Shown here: positions 23,490-24,000 of the stretch, piece after piece | How positions within the stretch are numbered: the stretch's first letter is position 1 | How the letters are laid out: each line of letters starts with the position of its first letter | Origin: Chloroflexota bacterium | GTDB taxonomy: Bacteria > Chloroflexota > Anaerolineae > Promineifilales > Promineifilaceae | Assembly (NCBI GenBank): GCA_009937635.1 | Contig: JAACFF010000016.1 | Coordinates: 7,932 to 31,931, forward strand | Reading direction: 5' to 3' | DNA length: 24,000 nt | Program-made: the position numbers and the translations under genes | Notes under the pieces: generated by a model | The model's database searches: none | What the model was told of the DNA's origin: nothing | The model's input: only the letters and a program-made list of their open reading frames with translations

Positions 23490-24000
23490 CTACCACCGTT
23501 CCCAATGAACAATCTCATCCAGAACCCTGCGGCCGCTCTTGCGTGGCGATCGATCGCGCGGATCTGACTCAGGCGTAGGATAACCAAACGAGATCGCCCA
23601 AGGTACGGCACGATCATTGGGAATGTCGAGTGCAGCACGCGTCTTGTCTGGTTCGTAGATGGTTGCTAAACAGGACATGATGCCTTTTTCCCACGCGGCC
23701 AGAATCATATTCTGGCTAGCGCGACCCAGATCAAAGGGCGTGGTAAGCGTGGATGGATCGTGCATATCCTCGACAGTCATCACGACGGCAAAAGCCGCAC
23801 CGGCCAAATGTCCGCACCAAGGACCGCACACACTAAGAGCTTGCAACGTGTCACGTTCAGTCACGACGATGAACTGCCAGGGCTGGCGATTCTTAGCGGA
23901 AGCGGACAGCCGCCCTGCATGAATAACCTGTTCAATCTGCTCACGAGGGACGGATTCAGCAGCAAACTGTCGCACCGCGCGCCGGTTTTTGATTGCATTG
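23490..24000 (-). CDS. Nitroreductase-family protein (5' end lies beyond the right edge)
   Basis: The frame stays open upstream of the track start (NAIKNRRAVRQFAAESVP is the typical nitroreductase N-terminal RR.VR.F motif). Followed by AGRLSASAKNRQPWQFIVV. Stop at 23490. Confidence 0.85.
   Translation of the reverse strand, partial: NAIKNRRAVRQFAAESVPREQIEQVIHAGRLSASAKNRQPWQFIVVTERDTLQALSVCGPWCGHLAGAAFAVVMTVEDMHDPSTLTTPFDLGRASQNMILAAWEKGIMSCLATIYEPDKTRAALDIPNDRAVPWAISFGYPTPESDPRDRSPRKSGRRVLDEIVHWERW

Noticed and set aside
1-24000. CRISPR arrays, tRNA, rRNA or other classical RNA genes
   Set aside because: I saw no spaced direct-repeat arrays, no T-loop/acceptor-stem patterns (GGTTCGAATCC-like) in the non-coding gaps, and no rRNA-like conserved blocks. 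Without a covariance-model scan, small ncRNAs cannot be excluded.

Overview
Bacterial chromosomal window with moderate GC (not computed exactly). Most genes lie on the minus strand and several are decayed. The gene content (WD40 proteins, a large LuxR/MalT-type regulator, multidomain sensors) suggests a filamentous Chloroflexota-like organism, but the taxon cannot be fixed from the sequence. The centre (8210-14531, minus strand) is a tightly packed six-gene stressosome-type operon: a transmembrane dCache-HAMP-STAS receptor, a globin-coupled RsbR, RsbS, the RsbT kinase, an RsbX-like PP2C phosphatase, and a hybrid histidine kinase with two receiver domains. No sigma factor, RsbU/V/W, HPt protein or intact response regulator is present. 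Unusual details read from the sequence: RsbS has Leu at the canonical phospho-Ser position. The membrane STAS receptor has Glu at both RsbR phospho-sites. The kinase starts with a degenerate RsbT-like domain. The operon is bracketed by decay scars: a receiver fragment fused to a MacB-type permease fragment on one side, and an ISAs1-type transposase remnant truncating a dienelactone hydrolase on the other. Next to it, a DCC-family thiol-disulfide oxidoreductase carries an in-frame TGA exactly at the second Cys of its CxxC motif, followed by a SECIS-like hairpin, so it is a candidate selenoprotein. The palindromic octamer ACGGCCGT occurs 14 times, far above expectation. Where coding, it is always read as Thr-Ala-Val or x-Gly-Arg, like a HIP-type iterated palindrome. 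Remaining genes: WD40 proteins, a SAM methyltransferase, a LuxR(LAL)/small protein/alpha-beta hydrolase/MBOAT_2-like block, a GyrI-like protein, a second alpha/beta hydrolase, MscS, LysE, and a nitroreductase/RidA/cupin/PLP-decarboxylase/DLH run. No rRNA, tRNA or CRISPR array was recognised.
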